From IMG/VR virus record IMGVR_UViG_3300037313_001869, positions 371,219-435,218 of that record: DNA of 64,000 nt; one strand, written 5' to 3'. Under the pieces are notes generated by a model that saw only the letters and a program-made list of their open reading frames with translations, searched no databases and had not been told where the DNA came from. The DNA is from a virus (lineage: Duplodnaviria > Caudoviricetes). Shown here one piece after another: positions 1 through 9,730 of this stretch. Made by a program: the position numbers and the translations under genes. Every line of letters begins with the position of its first letter. Within the stretch, counting starts at the first letter, position 1.

Positions 1-371
1 GCCGTCGCCTTCGCCGCCTTGACCAGGAACTCCTTGTCGAAGCTGTCGATCTTCGACAGGTTGCTCTTGTACTTCTTGACGAACTCGACGATCGCCCGGA
101 GCTTCAGCTCCGACGCCTTCGGGGCGCTGATCTTCAGCTCGTCGTATTCTTCCTTCGCCTCACGCATGTCGGCGATCTCCTGGTCCTTCAGGATCTCGTC
201 GATCTGGTCGCCGCGGTAGTCTTCCGACGAACCCTCCCCCTTCTTCAGGCAGTAGGCCATGGCCGCGAAGCGGGCCGGGTCGGCCCAGTGGACCTCCTGA
301 AAGACCGTCTTGATGTCGGTGATGTGCGCCCGGCGAAGGACGCGATGGGTGAGCGGGTCGAGACGCTTCAT
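1..371 (-). CDS. hypothetical protein (partial, runs off window) with DPLxxRV leader
   Basis: ATG at 371 overlaps the TGA of 368..1552; reads MKRLDPLTHRVLRRAHITDIKTVF..., open to the window edge. Confidence 0.7.
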   Translation of the reverse strand, partial: MKRLDPLTHRVLRRAHITDIKTVFQEVHWADPARFAAMAYCLKKGEGSSEDYRGDQIDEILKDQEIADMREAKEEYDELKISAPKASELKLRAIVEFVKKYKSNLSKIDSFDKEFLVKAAKAT

Positions 372-1552
372 CGGGAGACCTCGATCAGAAGAAGATCCGA
401 GAGGGGCCGGGCGAGCAGGTTGGACGCCTCGGCCGAAGAGACGCGCGAGAGGAGCTTCGCGTAGCGGCTCGCCAGGTACTTGCCGTCGGCTCGGTAGATC
501 GCCTGGAACTCTTCCTTGTCCTCGTAGTATTCGAGCGCCTGGGTGAGGGCCAGGATGCACTCGGTCGGCTCGTGGGTGAGCGAGAAGACCAGGTCGCCGA
601 GCGCGAGGGCTTGCGAGTGGGCCTTCATCCGGGAGAGGTTCAGCACCGTGCCGTCGTCGACCACCTTGGTCGTACGGTTGAGCATCTGGACGAAGCGCTT
701 CTCCTCGCACGTCGCCGGGTCGAGCTGCCACTGCCGCCCGTTGACCCGGACGTGGATGTCGTAGCTCTCGTACTTCGCGTTCGGGCTCCGGTCCGGACCC
801 CGGCGAAGCTCGTTCAGCTTTTGCCGAAGCTCGTTCTCCTCGAAGACGATTTCGACGATCGGGGCCCGATCGACCTTCTTCTTGGTCGCCCCCATCCCGA
901 GCGTCTCCAGGGTCGTCTTCATCGGCGCCCCGCCCCGCTGCCTCGCCGCCCTCTTGTACGTCTGTTCGGTCAGCTTGCCGCCCGGCCAGACGTTCCAGTT
1001 CCGGACCGGGCTCGCAAACCAGCGGTCCCCGAGCTTGCTGAGGGCCTTGCTGATCTCCTTGCCCACGTCGCCCTTGACCGGCGGAAGGACGAGCGCCTCG
1101 ACCTCCCACCAGTATTGGGGCTGGCCCGTCGGCGAGTGCTGGATGCCCGCGACCACGACCTTGCCGCCCTTCACCCCCACGAAGGCCAGGCACGAGTAGA
1201 CCTTGCCGCCTCCGTTGCTCCCGCCCCACATCTTCCAGTCCACCCCGGAGGCGATGCCCGCTTTCGACAGCTCCCCGTCGAGCGTTGCTTCCTCCGCCCC
1301 CTCGGGCGGCTTCGGCTCGTCGTCGTCGAGGTCGAGCGGCTCGTCGAACACGTCCCGCTCTTCTTCCGCGACCCGAAGGAGCAGATCCTTCGCCGCGTGC
1401 CCGACAGGGCCGAGACCCCGGGATGCCTCCCAGGCGCGAGCAATCGACGCCGCCGTACGGGTCTCGCTCTGGGGCAGGCCAAGAACTAGGGCCGCTTGCT
1501 CGGGCGTGAGAGACGCTCGCTTGACCCAGTAGCTCGCTTCGATTTTGCGCAT
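368..1552 (-). CDS. hypothetical protein, possible degenerate J-domain-like N-terminus
   Basis: 394 aa ORF; AALVLGL...IARAW...AKDLL pattern without HPD. Confidence 0.7.
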   Translation of the reverse strand: MRKIEASYWVKRASLTPEQAALVLGLPQSETRTAASIARAWEASRGLGPVGHAAKDLLLRVAEEERDVFDEPLDLDDDEPKPPEGAEEATLDGELSKAGIASGVDWKMWGGSNGGGKVYSCLAFVGVKGGKVVVAGIQHSPTGQPQYWWEVEALVLPPVKGDVGKEISKALSKLGDRWFASPVRNWNVWPGGKLTEQTYKRAARQRGGAPMKTTLETLGMGATKKKVDRAPIVEIVFEENELRQKLNELRRGPDRSPNAKYESYDIHVRVNGRQWQLDPATCEEKRFVQMLNRTTKVVDDGTVLNLSRMKAHSQALALGDLVFSLTHEPTECILALTQALEYYEDKEEFQAIYRADGKYLASRYAKLLSRVSSAEASNLLARPLSDLLLIEVSR

Positions 1553-1641
1553 CGCAAGACGAGCTTCCTCACAAGAGGCTTATTCTTGCGATGGCCATGG
1601 ACCCAAAAAAATTTGGGAATGGACGCGACGTTTTCCCCGGA

Positions 1642-1986
1642 TCAGTGGATCGTGCGCGGCAGCTCGTCCCTCAGATCGAGCGCCCGGGCGTCCTCGATCA
1701 TGAGCCCGATCAGATCGGGGCTCTCGACCGTGGGATCGGCGGGTACCGCCCTCGCCGCCACGATCCTCTCGCCGAGCCCGATCCCCCGGGCCAGGGCCGG
1801 CAGCTTCGAGACGGGCAGAGGCCGCCGGCTCACGTAGGGCCGGGTCTGATCTTCGGCCACGCAAAGGCACGCCCAGACCAGGCCCTCGACCGGCGTGGGC
1901 GTCACCGTCAGAAACCCAAACTCCCCACGGCTCCCGCGCAGAGCGAAGAGCCACCTCGTGGTCGTGCTGAACGTCGGCAGGTTCAT
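1642..1986 (-). CDS. hypothetical protein
   Basis: 114 aa ORF; TACACCG motif at 1996-2002 upstream. Confidence 0.6.
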   Translation of the reverse strand: MNLPTFSTTTRWLFALRGSRGEFGFLTVTPTPVEGLVWACLCVAEDQTRPYVSRRPLPVSKLPALARGIGLGERIVAARAVPADPTVESPDLIGLMIEDARALDLRDELPRTIH

Positions 1987-2029
1987 GTCAAAGAGTACAC
2001 CGGTGATCTTCGGTGTAGAGAACCGGGCG

Positions 2030-2539
2030 ATGCACCCCTCCGAGCGCCTCGTGGCCTTTCTCTATGACCTCATGCGGGACAACCTCCCGGTCGGCACCGT
2101 CGAGCAGCTCGTGCGGAACAACGAGCCCATCGGGCTCGGCGAGATGGTCACCTACTCGAACAAGTACCTCGCGACCTACGCCCGGGAGCTGGCCATCCGG
2201 CTCACCTCGGTCATCGTCCAGACTCCGCACGAAGAAGCCGCGACCCTGCCCATCACCCGCATCCTCTACGGCCTCGCCTCCCACCGGCTCGTCCCCTTGC
2301 AAAATCTTGGGCCCATCGTCGATCAGGTCGTCAAATGCCCCAAGACCCCGACGAGCATTGGAGGGGTCCGGGTCCCGGCCCCTTCGCCCGCGGCCCGGCT
2401 TCTCTGCGTCCTCGCCGCCAACAACATTCCCTTCGACAAACTCCCGCCCGGCACCTCGATCGCCGACCCGCCCGATCTCGACGTGGGGCTCTGGCAAGGC
2501 TGCCGCGTCTGGGCGAGACGCATCGTAGAGGAGACCTGA
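2030..2539 (+). CDS. hypothetical protein
   Basis: ATG preceded by CGGTGTA motif. Confidence 0.65.
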   Translation: MHPSERLVAFLYDLMRDNLPVGTVEQLVRNNEPIGLGEMVTYSNKYLATYARELAIRLTSVIVQTPHEEAATLPITRILYGLASHRLVPLQNLGPIVDQVVKCPKTPTSIGGVRVPAPSPAARLLCVLAANNIPFDKLPPGTSIADPPDLDVGLWQGCRVWARRIVEET

Positions 2540-2541
2540 CC

Positions 2542-2994
2542 ATGAAAGTCCTGGAAAAAGGCACCCCCACCGCTCCCACCTGGACCGCCGAGGTCCTCTG
2601 CACCGGCGTCGGTACCGGAGGGGGCGGCTGCGGCGCCAAGCTCCTCATCGAGAAGGACGACGTGGTGGCCGTCCCCCACCCCGACGGCCACGCCGCCCAG
2701 ATGTTCGCCTTCTGCTGCCCCGAGTGCGGCGTCGAGACGGGCATCGCTTCGGTACCCAGCTTCGTCCGGAGCCAAGCCCGGGTGATGCCCGCCCAGGCCC
2801 CGGTCGACTCCGGCGAAACGGCCCGGCTCATCGCCCGGATGACCGAGGCCCGCATCGCCGTCGAGGCGATCCGCCCCCCTTCGCACCGGGGCTCTTGCCC
2901 CATCGAAGACGACACCTCGTACGCCCCGTGCAACTGCGGCGCAAGCGACGTAGAGCGGGCGATCGAAAAAGCCAAAACCCTCCTGAGGGTCTGA
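2542..2994 (+). CDS. Zn-ribbon protein
   Basis: CTGxGxGGGGC...CPECG; paralog of 3653..3940. Confidence 0.75.
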   Translation: MKVLEKGTPTAPTWTAEVLCTGVGTGGGGCGAKLLIEKDDVVAVPHPDGHAAQMFAFCCPECGVETGIASVPSFVRSQARVMPAQAPVDSGETARLIARMTEARIAVEAIRPPSHRGSCPIEDDTSYAPCNCGASDVERAIEKAKTLLRV

Positions 2995-2998
2995 CCCC

Positions 2999-3406
2999 AT
3001 GCCCAAAACCCGGTTCGATCACATCTGCGGGGACGACGCCCCACCCCCCGTAGAAAAGGGCGTCTACAACACGGCCCCCGTCTGGCCCAAGGAAGACCGG
3101 TACGCCGCTCTGACCCGGATTCGCGAGGCCCGCCTGGCCCAGTGCCGGAAGAGGGGCTGCGTGGGCTGCCCTACGTGCCGGGCTATCGAGCGCGTCTTCG
3201 AGGCCGACCGGCAAGACGAGAGAAAGAAGGCCCGCGAGGCCGAAGACCAGGCGTGCATGGAAGAGCTACGGATTCTCTTCCAGGACCGGTGGCCCGACCC
3301 CATCGAGCTGATGGCGCAGGTTCTCGCCTTCATGAAAGACGCCCGTGTGGCCGGAGTCAACTTGCCCAATCTGATCCGGCAGTTGAAAGCTACCAAAGGG
3401 GTGTAA
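2999..3406 (+). CDS. hypothetical protein with Cys cluster
   Basis: CRKRGCVGCPTC; N-terminal TRFDHI. Confidence 0.65.
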   Translation: MPKTRFDHICGDDAPPPVEKGVYNTAPVWPKEDRYAALTRIREARLAQCRKRGCVGCPTCRAIERVFEADRQDERKKAREAEDQACMEELRILFQDRWPDPIELMAQVLAFMKDARVAGVNLPNLIRQLKATKGV

Positions 3407-3416
3407 GGGCCAGGAC

Positions 3417-3656
3417 ATGAAAGCCAAGGTCGTCGAGTTCAACGTCATGCCCTTCGATCCCTACGAGCTGTGCGGGCTGCCCCCAGGGATCTCTCACATC
3501 CTCCTTCGCTTCTACGCCGACCCGGAGGCTACAGCCAGGATCGTGCGCTTCTTCAAGGAGAACGGCTTCATCATGGACGCCGACGCCTCCCCTCCCCCTG
3601 GACCCGACCCTATCCTCACCGAGGGTGTCCCTGCCCTCCCGGAGAAAACGCCATGA
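3417..3656 (+). CDS. hypothetical protein
   Basis: GGTGTA upstream; overlaps next gene. Confidence 0.6.
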   Translation: MKAKVVEFNVMPFDPYELCGLPPGISHILLRFYADPEATARIVRFFKENGFIMDADASPPPGPDPILTEGVPALPEKTP

Positions 3657-3940
3657 GAGTCCTGAAGAAAGGCACCGGCCAGCGTGGCTGGAGCGTCGAG
3701 GCCGAATGCACCGGAGCCAACAACGGCGGCGGCGGGTGCAGCGCGAAGCTCCTCGTCGAGCAAGACGACCTCTACAAGACCTACTCCTCCGACCGCCCCG
3801 GCTACCAGATGCACATCACCTTCCGCTGTCCCGAGTGCGGCGTCGAGACGGACGTGCCCGACAACAAAGTCCCGGGCCACGTCGTCTCGAAGCTCGTCGA
3901 CAAGAAGGACAGGCACCCTACCGACCGGGACCCGCTCTGA
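3653..3940 (+). CDS. Zn-ribbon protein
   Basis: MRVLKKGT..CTGANNGGGGC..FRCPECGVET. Confidence 0.75.
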   Translation: MRVLKKGTGQRGWSVEAECTGANNGGGGCSAKLLVEQDDLYKTYSSDRPGYQMHITFRCPECGVETDVPDNKVPGHVVSKLVDKKDRHPTDRDPL

Positions 3941-4446
3941 TGAGCGACGCCATTCTTGCCCAGGCTCGTATCTCGTTCCGGAGTCTTGGCGTCCGCGACG
4001 CGAACCTTCGGATTGAACCTTCCATCGAGGAGCGGACCGCCCGCGGACCCGACGAGGGCCCGTTCGCTTCGCTCCTCGAAGCCACCGTTCCCTCAGGACG
4101 GACCTACCACCTGGTGAGGGGCGACGAAGACCTCGTCGTGGGCTACCTCGCGATCCGTAACGGCAGGGTGGTCGAGTGCGGCATTTCGTGGATCGCCACC
4201 GACATGGCCCTGGGCCTTTCGGTTCTTCTTCCCGCCCCCATGGCCACGGTCCGGATCATTGATGCCCCGTGGTTTCACCTCCGGGCCCTTTGGGTCACCG
4301 ACCCCTCGGGTCTCGAACGCTGCTGGGTCGGAACGCCCCCCTTCCCCTGGGACGGACCGAAGGGGGAGCAAACCCCGGAGACTGTCTGCCACGCCCTCGC
4401 GAACAGGACCCCGGAAGGAGGCATGGTCACGGTCTTTCTCGACTGA
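3940..4446 (+). CDS. hypothetical protein
   Basis: TGATG coupling at 3938-3942. Confidence 0.6.
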   Translation: MSDAILAQARISFRSLGVRDANLRIEPSIEERTARGPDEGPFASLLEATVPSGRTYHLVRGDEDLVVGYLAIRNGRVVECGISWIATDMALGLSVLLPAPMATVRIIDAPWFHLRALWVTDPSGLERCWVGTPPFPWDGPKGEQTPETVCHALANRTPEGGMVTVFLD

Positions 4447-4449
4447 GCC

Positions 4450-4740
4450 TCAGGTGACGAACGCGCCCCAGCCGGCGAGGTTGACCGCGAGCACGGCCGT
4501 TTTGTGGGGAACGGCCAAGAGCGTGCGCAGCAAGTCATCGGTCGGCTGGCCCGGCTGCATCGGTAGATCGAGCCTCCGACCCGCCACCCGGACGATCCCC
4601 CCCTCGTCCCAGTAGGCCGCGAGGCCGGAGAGATCGTAGCTCTCCGTCGAGCACGCGCAGTCCGTCTGCACGTCGAGGTGGAAGGCTTTCAGCAAATCCT
4701 TGCTCACGCCAGAGAGCCGGAAGACGGGGTCGTCAGCCAC
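4450..4740 (-). CDS. hypothetical protein
   Basis: 96 aa ORF in minus-strand run. Confidence 0.55.
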   Translation of the reverse strand: MADDPVFRLSGVSKDLLKAFHLDVQTDCACSTESYDLSGLAAYWDEGGIVRVAGRRLDLPMQPGQPTDDLLRTLLAVPHKTAVLAVNLAGWGAFVT

Positions 4741-5218
4741 GCTTCTCTGCCTTCGCCCTGCGCCTCGCCATGTACCCGGGCTTGTAGTCGGGCAGCCGAA
4801 CCACCGGACCCTCCGAGAACGAGGCGTACCAGAAGATCCCGTTGTGGCCCGGGTCCTCGTCCTGGTTGTGGCACCGGAGCGTCAGCACTTGGCTCATCGG
4901 ACGCTTGTAGTGGATCTCGTCGCGGACCGAGACCACGACGTACTTCCACATCCCCTCGGTCCCTCGTCGCGGCGTCGCAAGATCGGGCGCATGGTCGATG
5001 ATGTAGAGCCGGTGCCCGAGCGGCCTCTTGAACGACGGCTGCTTCTTGCCCTCTCGCTTCCGGGTGAACGAGTAGCCGTAGCCCGCGTAGATCCCGGGGG
5101 TGCAATACTTCGGCCGAAGGTCGTCCTCTCGTTCGATCCCCTCCTCGATCAGCACGGCCAGGGTCGTGCGGTAGCGGGAAGGGTCGATCTCAGGTTTGCC
5201 CGTCAGGTCGATCAGCAT
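4733..5218 (-). CDS. hypothetical protein
   Basis: 161 aa ORF; GGTGTA and GAAGGGG upstream. Confidence 0.65.
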   Translation of the reverse strand: MLIDLTGKPEIDPSRYRTTLAVLIEEGIEREDDLRPKYCTPGIYAGYGYSFTRKREGKKQPSFKRPLGHRLYIIDHAPDLATPRRGTEGMWKYVVVSVRDEIHYKRPMSQVLTLRCHNQDEDPGHNGIFWYASFSEGPVVRLPDYKPGYMARRRAKAEKRG

Positions 5219-5225
5219 CCCTTCC

Positions 5226-5420
5226 CTACACCAGCCACGACTCGAACGGGAGAAGCTCGTAGCCCACCGGCACGAGCTTCTTTACCCCGCCCTGCCCCCA
5301 GACCCAGGCGTGGGTCCCCAGCGCTACCCAGGCGTCCGCTTCTTCGAGGCTCGTCGCCGAACCAAGGCTGAGATTCGGCAAGACCACGCCGACAACCTCC
5401 GTCACGCTCCAGCCCCTCAC
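5226..5420 (-). CDS. hypothetical protein
   Basis: GTGA overlap with upstream gene. Confidence 0.45.
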   Translation of the reverse strand: MRGWSVTEVVGVVLPNLSLGSATSLEEADAWVALGTHAWVWGQGGVKKLVPVGYELLPFESWLV

Positions 5421-5878
5421 CCGATCTTGTCCCATCGCGTGCTCCTCTTCTCTTCTTCCTCGAACTTCGCGTACGCCAGGCGGGCACGGTAGAGCGACTC
5501 CCGCGCCTCTTCCTCGTCGTGGTGGCACTCGGTCTCGCCGAACCTCCCGTCGGTGACGAGCCACACGTCGTCCTCGACCCTTCTCATCCTCGGCCCAAGC
5601 TCCAGGTCGGGCTCCGTCCTCATGTGCCAGTCCACCCCCACCTTCACGAGCCCCCGGTCATGCAAGGTCAGCGCTGCCGACGAGACCTCCCCCCGAGAGC
5701 CCTCGTAGGGGTACTCGTTCGGCATCAGCCCCTCCTCGCCTCGTTCGTGAACCGCGAGCAGAAGCCGGACTTCAAGATCGGTGAGCGGGCGCAGGGCCAT
5801 GGCCCGGGTACCTACACCGGGCTTGGCGGTGAGCCAGTAGTTGGGCGTCGGGACGACACGCAGGTCACGGGGGCTCAT
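5417..5878 (-). CDS. hypothetical protein, tail variant TRWDKIG
   Basis: 153 aa ORF, ATGA overlap. Confidence 0.6.
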   Translation of the reverse strand: MSPRDLRVVPTPNYWLTAKPGVGTRAMALRPLTDLEVRLLLAVHERGEEGLMPNEYPYEGSRGEVSSAALTLHDRGLVKVGVDWHMRTEPDLELGPRMRRVEDDVWLVTDGRFGETECHHDEEEARESLYRARLAYAKFEEEEKRSTRWDKIG

Positions 5879-6105
5879 GGTTTGACCCCGACCTCTGCCA
5901 AGGCCCGAAGGGCCCGGGCGTCCTCTTCCCTCCGGATGAGGTCCATCAGGAGCTTCGGCCTCGGGTCGAGGCCAAGCGCCCGATCCAGAAACCGATCCTT
6001 CCAGGCGAACCGGACGTAGGGCGTAGGACCCGGGAGACTCTCGACCTGAAGCTCTCCGGCCAGGATGGCGATAACCCGCGCGTCTTCGTAGTCAGCGATC
6101 GTCAT
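5875..6105 (-). CDS. hypothetical protein
   Basis: 76 aa, ATGA overlaps on both sides. Confidence 0.6.
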   Translation of the reverse strand: MTIADYEDARVIAILAGELQVESLPGPTPYVRFAWKDRFLDRALGLDPRPKLLMDLIRREEDARALRALAEVGVKP

Positions 6106-6398
6106 GGGGTTGCTCCGCAGTCAGGACAAACCGAACGAGGCGTCGGCCGGACCCAGTCGCAGATCGGGCACGCCCTCGCGTCCATGTACCGGTCGGCGCA
6201 GCCGTGGCACTGCCTCAGCCCCCGGCCCCGATCCCCAGGGACGCCGCACGACCCGCCGAGGAGCCTCCCCCCGCACACGTCACACCGACTCCCGCGGTAG
6301 GCCCGGTACCGAGCCCGCGACCACGCCGCAGCCCACCGGAGCAAGGCCCCTACCACGACCCCGAGCCCGAACACGGCAAGGGCTGCGGGGCTGGTCAC
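6102..6398 (-). CDS. membrane-anchored Zn-finger protein
   Basis: N-terminal hydrophobic helix plus four CxxC; GTGA overlap. Confidence 0.6.
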   Translation of the reverse strand: MTSPAALAVFGLGVVVGALLRWAAAWSRARYRAYRGSRCDVCGGRLLGGSCGVPGDRGRGLRQCHGCADRYMDARACPICDWVRPTPRSVCPDCGATP

Positions 6399-6775
6399 GG
6401 CTTCTTCTTCCGGTCTTCGAGCCGCTCGGGCACAGCCCTCTTGAACATCGCCGAAGCCCGCGCCTGCGTCATGCCCGGGACCCGCTTGACCATCTGGCCC
6501 ACGAAGTAGTCCTTGGCCCGGTGGTAGAGCACGACCCGGTTCACGACCGCCTCGACCCGCGTGAGCCCCACCCTCGTGCAAGGCTCACACGACAGCTCCC
6601 ACGGCTGCGGGTGCTGCCGATAGTCCTCGCAATAGAGGGCCCGAGAACGGCCGCAGCTCTGGCATTTACCCCTGGCCTTCCAGACCTTGAAGTGGAGGTC
6701 GCCGACGCTCTGGTGGATCGTGAACGTCTCGGGCTCTTGCGGCAGGGCCGGTGTTTTCTTGGGCTTCGGGGGCAT
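6395..6775 (-). CDS. Zn-finger hypothetical protein
   Basis: CQSC..CEPC; GGTGTA upstream. Confidence 0.65.
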   Translation of the reverse strand: MPPKPKKTPALPQEPETFTIHQSVGDLHFKVWKARGKCQSCGRSRALYCEDYRQHPQPWELSCEPCTRVGLTRVEAVVNRVVLYHRAKDYFVGQMVKRVPGMTQARASAMFKRAVPERLEDRKKKP

Positions 6776-7317
6776 GGGACCTATTTACACCCGTGGACCG
6801 AAAAAATGGCCGGGGGAAAATTTTGGAGCCGGGCTCCTAGTCCCGATCGGTCTCGACTTCGGCGCGGACCTCGGCCTTCGCCCCCGTTCGCTCCGCTTGC
6901 GTCTCGATCTGCTTTCGCTTCGACCACGCCCGCTTCTGGTTCCGGGACCCGAGCACCGTGTCCTTCCAGAACTTGCAGCGCTGTCCGTACCGGCTCTTGT
7001 TCGACCTGCTCATGATTTACCGCCTTTCCCCAGAAAAAGAACCGGGGGACTTTTTAGGAGGCCCGGGCCTCCGAGGGGCCTTTTCGGTTTTACCTGAAAA
7101 ATGCGGCCGGGCCAGTTTTTCCATGGGAGATACCGGGTTTTGCCCGGTCACGATCCATTTCCGCTCGCCTACTGAATACGCCCATTTACGCTACCCGTGC
7201 AAAACGAAAACGATAATGAAGCGGTTTTTCGTTGCACTTCCGGAGGGTCTACCCAGTGACCCCCGGAGATACGTTTCAGTCTTACGAGCGGGTTCGATGG
7301 GCACTACCCTCCCGTCC

Positions 7318-7503
7318 ATGCAAGAAAAAAGCGATGCGATCGAGAGACCGAACCGCAAGATGCGCCGGGCCGTGGCGAAGACCTACCGATCGAACCCAGG
7401 GGCCGAGGTGGTAGGTCTTGAGCTACCGCGCGAGGACATGACCCGCGACACGAAGAGGCGCGAGGGAGGGAAGACGGGCCGGTTCTTCCCCTCGGGCACG
7501 TAA
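7318..7503 (+). CDS. small basic protein
   Basis: MQEKSDAIERPNRKMRRAVAK; ends TAA at 7501-7503. Confidence 0.5.
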   Translation: MQEKSDAIERPNRKMRRAVAKTYRSNPGAEVVGLELPREDMTRDTKRREGGKTGRFFPSGT

Positions 7504-7779
7504 GTCAACGAAGAAATCGCGAAGGGCCTTCTTGGCCTCTGCGAGGGTGGAGAAGCTCTTCTCGTCGAGGGCGTCTGCCCCCGGGCGGGAGAAGGCCCGG
7601 CCCACGAGGGCCACCTTGTAGCCGGTGACCTCGACCCTCTGCTGTCGGGTCGAGCCCACGTAGGAGACGGAGACCTCCCGCTCGATGTAGCCCACGAGGG
7701 CCTCGCCGTGGTGGACGAGGGCCGAGGGGTTGTTGCCGGGGGTGACCTTGCCGAGCTTGCCGAAGGAGAGGAGGGACAT
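7501..7779 (-). CDS. hypothetical protein (proposed end at in-frame TTA)
   Basis: MSLLSFGK...RDFFVD then TTA, the reverse complement of the convergent gene's TAA; GGAAAA-N16-CGTCT upstream. Confidence 0.65.
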
Positions 7780-7851
7780 GGGGGAGAGACGAGCGGGAGG
7801 GGGGCTTTTTTCCAAAAAAGCCTTCCCCAGGGGGGTGTACTGGAGGGGGCG

Positions 7852-8526
7852 ATGCGAAACGCTCTTCCCGTCAAGCCGGCGGAGTGGCCCGAGCGGGCCT
7901 ACAAGCTGGCGTACGTGAGCCCGTCCTGGGGCCCGGAGGGGTCTAGCCGAGACCTCTCGGACCTGATGAAGCTTCCGGTGCCGAGCCTGCTCCTGCCGCC
8001 CGCGGTGGTGCTTCTCTGGGTACCTGGGGGCAAGCTGGAGGAGGGGCTGGATCTGCTCTGGGGGTGGAAGCTCCATTACCGGGGGGTCGCGTTCGTCTGG
8101 GTGAAGACCGACAGCAAGGGGGTACCTCTCGGGGCGCACGGGCCGAGGCCGACGGTCTCTTCGAGGGGGTCAACCGAGCTTGTGCTGGCGGCCGAGACGG
8201 GGCCGGAATACGTGCTCGCGGGATCGACCGAGAAGAGGGGCCGGCCCTTGCCCATCGTGGACGAGACCGTGGGCCAGGTGGTGATGGCCCCTGTAGGTCC
8301 TCGGCCCCCGGAGGTGCGAGCGAGGATCGAGCGCATGTACGGCTCGGCCGTCTCTCGGGTCGAGCTGTTTGCGCCGGGCGAGGTACCGGGGTGGGACGTA
8401 TGGGCCCCCGGGGCCGCGGTGGTGGTCTCGGCTCCTTCTCGGGAGGGGGCGGAAGAGAAGCCTGCCCCCCAGGGCGGGACCGAGAAAGAGGGCTTCGAGC
8501 TGGCGATGGGCCTCGACGATGAGTGA
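7852..8526 (+). CDS. MT-A70-family methyltransferase-like protein, catalytic motif degenerate
   Basis: LLWV, WG..Y...FVWVKT, TELVL, RIERMY..RVELFA..GWDVW; DPPW position reads SPSW. Confidence 0.75.
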   Translation: MRNALPVKPAEWPERAYKLAYVSPSWGPEGSSRDLSDLMKLPVPSLLLPPAVVLLWVPGGKLEEGLDLLWGWKLHYRGVAFVWVKTDSKGVPLGAHGPRPTVSSRGSTELVLAAETGPEYVLAGSTEKRGRPLPIVDETVGQVVMAPVGPRPPEVRARIERMYGSAVSRVELFAPGEVPGWDVWAPGAAVVVSAPSREGAEEKPAPQGGTEKEGFELAMGLDDE

Positions 8527-8848
8527 AGAGACCCCGAAGCCCCCGATGCGAAAGGGCGACCGCTACCGGGTGCGGGCTCCGTACGGGGGCTGGGCCGAGG
8601 GCCAGGTGATGATCGTCTCGGAGGCCCGGGCGTGGGGCGGCTGGCTCGGGGGCTTCCGGGTGCAGCTCATGGGGCAGGAGCAGCGAGGGGACCTCTTCTT
8701 CGAGATCAGCGTCACCTTGAAGACGACCGAGGCCGTGGCGGCGTGGCAGGAGAAATGGGAGCTACTGCCCCGGGCCAAGCGAAAGAGCCCTTCCCACCGG
8801 GCCTACGGGCGAAGGGTCAAGAGCCGCTTCGAGAGGGTGCTCGGGTGA
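8519..8848 (+). CDS. RFxR-tail protein (SH3-like start)
   Basis: ends KSRFERVLG. Confidence 0.65.
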   Translation: MSEETPKPPMRKGDRYRVRAPYGGWAEGQVMIVSEARAWGGWLGGFRVQLMGQEQRGDLFFEISVTLKTTEAVAAWQEKWELLPRAKRKSPSHRAYGRRVKSRFERVLG

Positions 8849-9096
8849 GACTGCCCAGGATGGGCGCTTGCTTTCAGCTCGTCCGGCCCTTCGGGGGCTG
8901 GACGGTGGGCGAGAGGGTCGAGGTCGGCGCCATCAACGACGGCTACGTCTGGCTCTGGACCTACCCCGAGGTTCTCAACCCCTACGGCCACCGGGACTGG
9001 ACCGCCTGCGTGCCCCTGAAGGGGTGGCTGAAATGGGTGAAGCCCTGGAGAGAGGTCCCCCTGCCCACCCGGTACGAGCGGGTGCTCAGCGGGTGA
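8845..9096 (+). CDS. RFxR-tail protein
   Basis: ends PTRYERVLSG; PFGGW segment shared with previous gene (PYGGW). Confidence 0.65.
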   Translation: MRLPRMGACFQLVRPFGGWTVGERVEVGAINDGYVWLWTYPEVLNPYGHRDWTACVPLKGWLKWVKPWREVPLPTRYERVLSG

Positions 9097-9274
9097 GGTC
9101 GGCCAGGCGCTCGCGGGCGTAGGCCGTGGCCTCCTCCAGGGTAGCCCAGGGCGGCGGCTCCTCCTCGCCCGCGAGCAGCCGGTCGAGGGTCTCTTGCCAG
9201 TCGAGCCGGATCTCCTCGTCCGAGGGGCAGTCGCAGGCGAGGGCGTTGCAGTTGGGGGCGTGGGAGGTCTTCAT
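9086..9274 (-). CDS. hypothetical protein
   Basis: 62 aa ORF. Confidence 0.55.
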   Translation of the reverse strand: MKTSHAPNCNALACDCPSDEEIRLDWQETLDRLLAGEEEPPPWATLEEATAYARERLADLTR

Positions 9275-9283
9275 GGCTAGGGC

Positions 9284-9730
9284 CTAGACGACCGGGCGCT
9301 TCGGCTTTTTCCACACCTTGGGCTGCGCCGCGTACCAGGCCCGGGCCTGGTCGAGCAGCTCGTCGGTGATGACCCGGGTGTCGTAGATGCTCCGAAGCTC
9401 CCGGGCCGTCTCGAAGGTCATCACCTGGTCGGCCCCGTCTCCGAGCTTGAACGTCTCGCCCCCGAGGTCGCAGAGCAGGTCGTCGTTGTCGTCCTGGTAG
9501 AAGCGCGGGCCGACGAGCCTCGCCTCGAAGACCTCGCTTGCGGGCTCGCCGAAGGCCGTGTAGCCCGAGCGCTCCAGGCGGACCCCGAGAAGGACCGCCT
9601 CCCTCGGGGTGAGCCGGTCGATGCGGGCCAGGAGCGCCTCCAGCACCTTGTGGTTGCCCTTGCGCCAGGCCCGCTCCCATTCGGCCCCGATGGCGCTCAC
9701 CAGGTCCTCGACCTTCTCTTCGGGGCTCAC
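9284..9730 (-). CDS. hypothetical protein
   Basis: shares L(T/D)PREA motif with 9727..10014. Confidence 0.65.
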   Translation of the reverse strand: MSPEEKVEDLVSAIGAEWERAWRKGNHKVLEALLARIDRLTPREAVLLGVRLERSGYTAFGEPASEVFEARLVGPRFYQDDNDDLLCDLGGETFKLGDGADQVMTFETARELRSIYDTRVITDELLDQARAWYAAQPKVWKKPKRPVV

